From Halomicrobium mukohataei DSM 12286 (lineage in GTDB: Archaea; Halobacteriota; Halobacteria; Halobacteriales; Haloarculaceae): DNA of 32,000 nt. Of the stretch, positions 31,949 to 32,000 are shown in pieces. Position 1 is the stretch's first letter. Each line of letters starts with the position of its first letter. Where the stretch lies: contig NC_013202.1 of the NCBI RefSeq assembly GCF_000023965.1, forward strand, positions 270,001 to 302,000, written 5' to 3'. Made by a program: the position numbers and the translations under genes. The notes under the pieces were generated by a model that worked only from the letters and a program-made list of their open reading frames with translations, was not told the origin of the DNA and ran no database searches.

Positions 31949-32000
31949 ATGACCGAAACCGACGGGGAGGCCATCGCGGACCTTCCACCGAGCGCGAAGC
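31949..32000 (+). CDS. 5' end of a CDS running off the window (possible HTH regulator)
   Basis: ATG 31949 gives MTETDGEAIADLPPSAK.... A TATA-like CTTTATGG lies about 27-33 nt upstream. The LPPSAK motif is common at the start of haloarchaeal winged-helix regulators. Only 17 codons are visible. Confidence 0.35.
   Translation, partial: MTETDGEAIADLPPSAK

Overview
This window is haloarchaeal (Halobacteria-like) chromosomal DNA. The coding sequence is very GC-rich with GC3-biased codons, the predicted proteins are strongly acidic, and archaeal or haloarchaeal marker genes are present (ribosomal protein L15e, GGGP synthase, ABCE1, the SAMP-activating E1 UbaA, an Htr-type transducer, a HalX-type regulator). 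I support about 37 CDS, mostly housekeeping or metabolic. They are crtB, rpl15e, a BtuF-like binding protein, ubaA, a soluble MCP, an M32 carboxypeptidase, RidA, a PAS/LOV-like pseudo-kinase with a pseudo-receiver/HalX/Zn-ribbon partner, an M20 peptidase, a DUF368 membrane protein, an MFS transporter, gamma-glutamyltransferase, GGGP synthase, a VOC protein, nikR with a cbiMNQO-type ECF Ni/Co transporter, a PIN-ATPase-KH protein, F420-dependent NADP reductase, a HAD hydrolase, UPF0146, archaemetzincin and ABCE1, plus several small membrane or acidic proteins. I saw no rRNA, tRNA or CRISPR array. Four things are not ordinary. (1) A ~2.2-kb insertion (7739-9965), AT-rich over its left ~1.85 kb, is bracketed by 123-133-bp direct repeats that duplicate the 3' end of the RidA gene. 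It carries a Tat-signal, Cys-rich, C-terminally anchored protein plus small polytopic membrane proteins, and no integrase. (2) There are five copies of two related 78/79-bp palindromic MITE-like elements. Each is flanked by a 3-bp TCA/TGA direct duplication, and in three cases that duplication is the stop codon of the neighbouring gene. (3) A two-gene signalling module has every phosphotransfer residue apparently substituted. (4) A short FtsZ/tubulin-like ORF with ablated GTP-binding loops lies directly downstream of the PIN-ATPase-KH gene. All product calls rest on motif recognition by eye, because no database search was possible. Many long ORFs in the supplied track are GC-driven shadow frames and were discarded.
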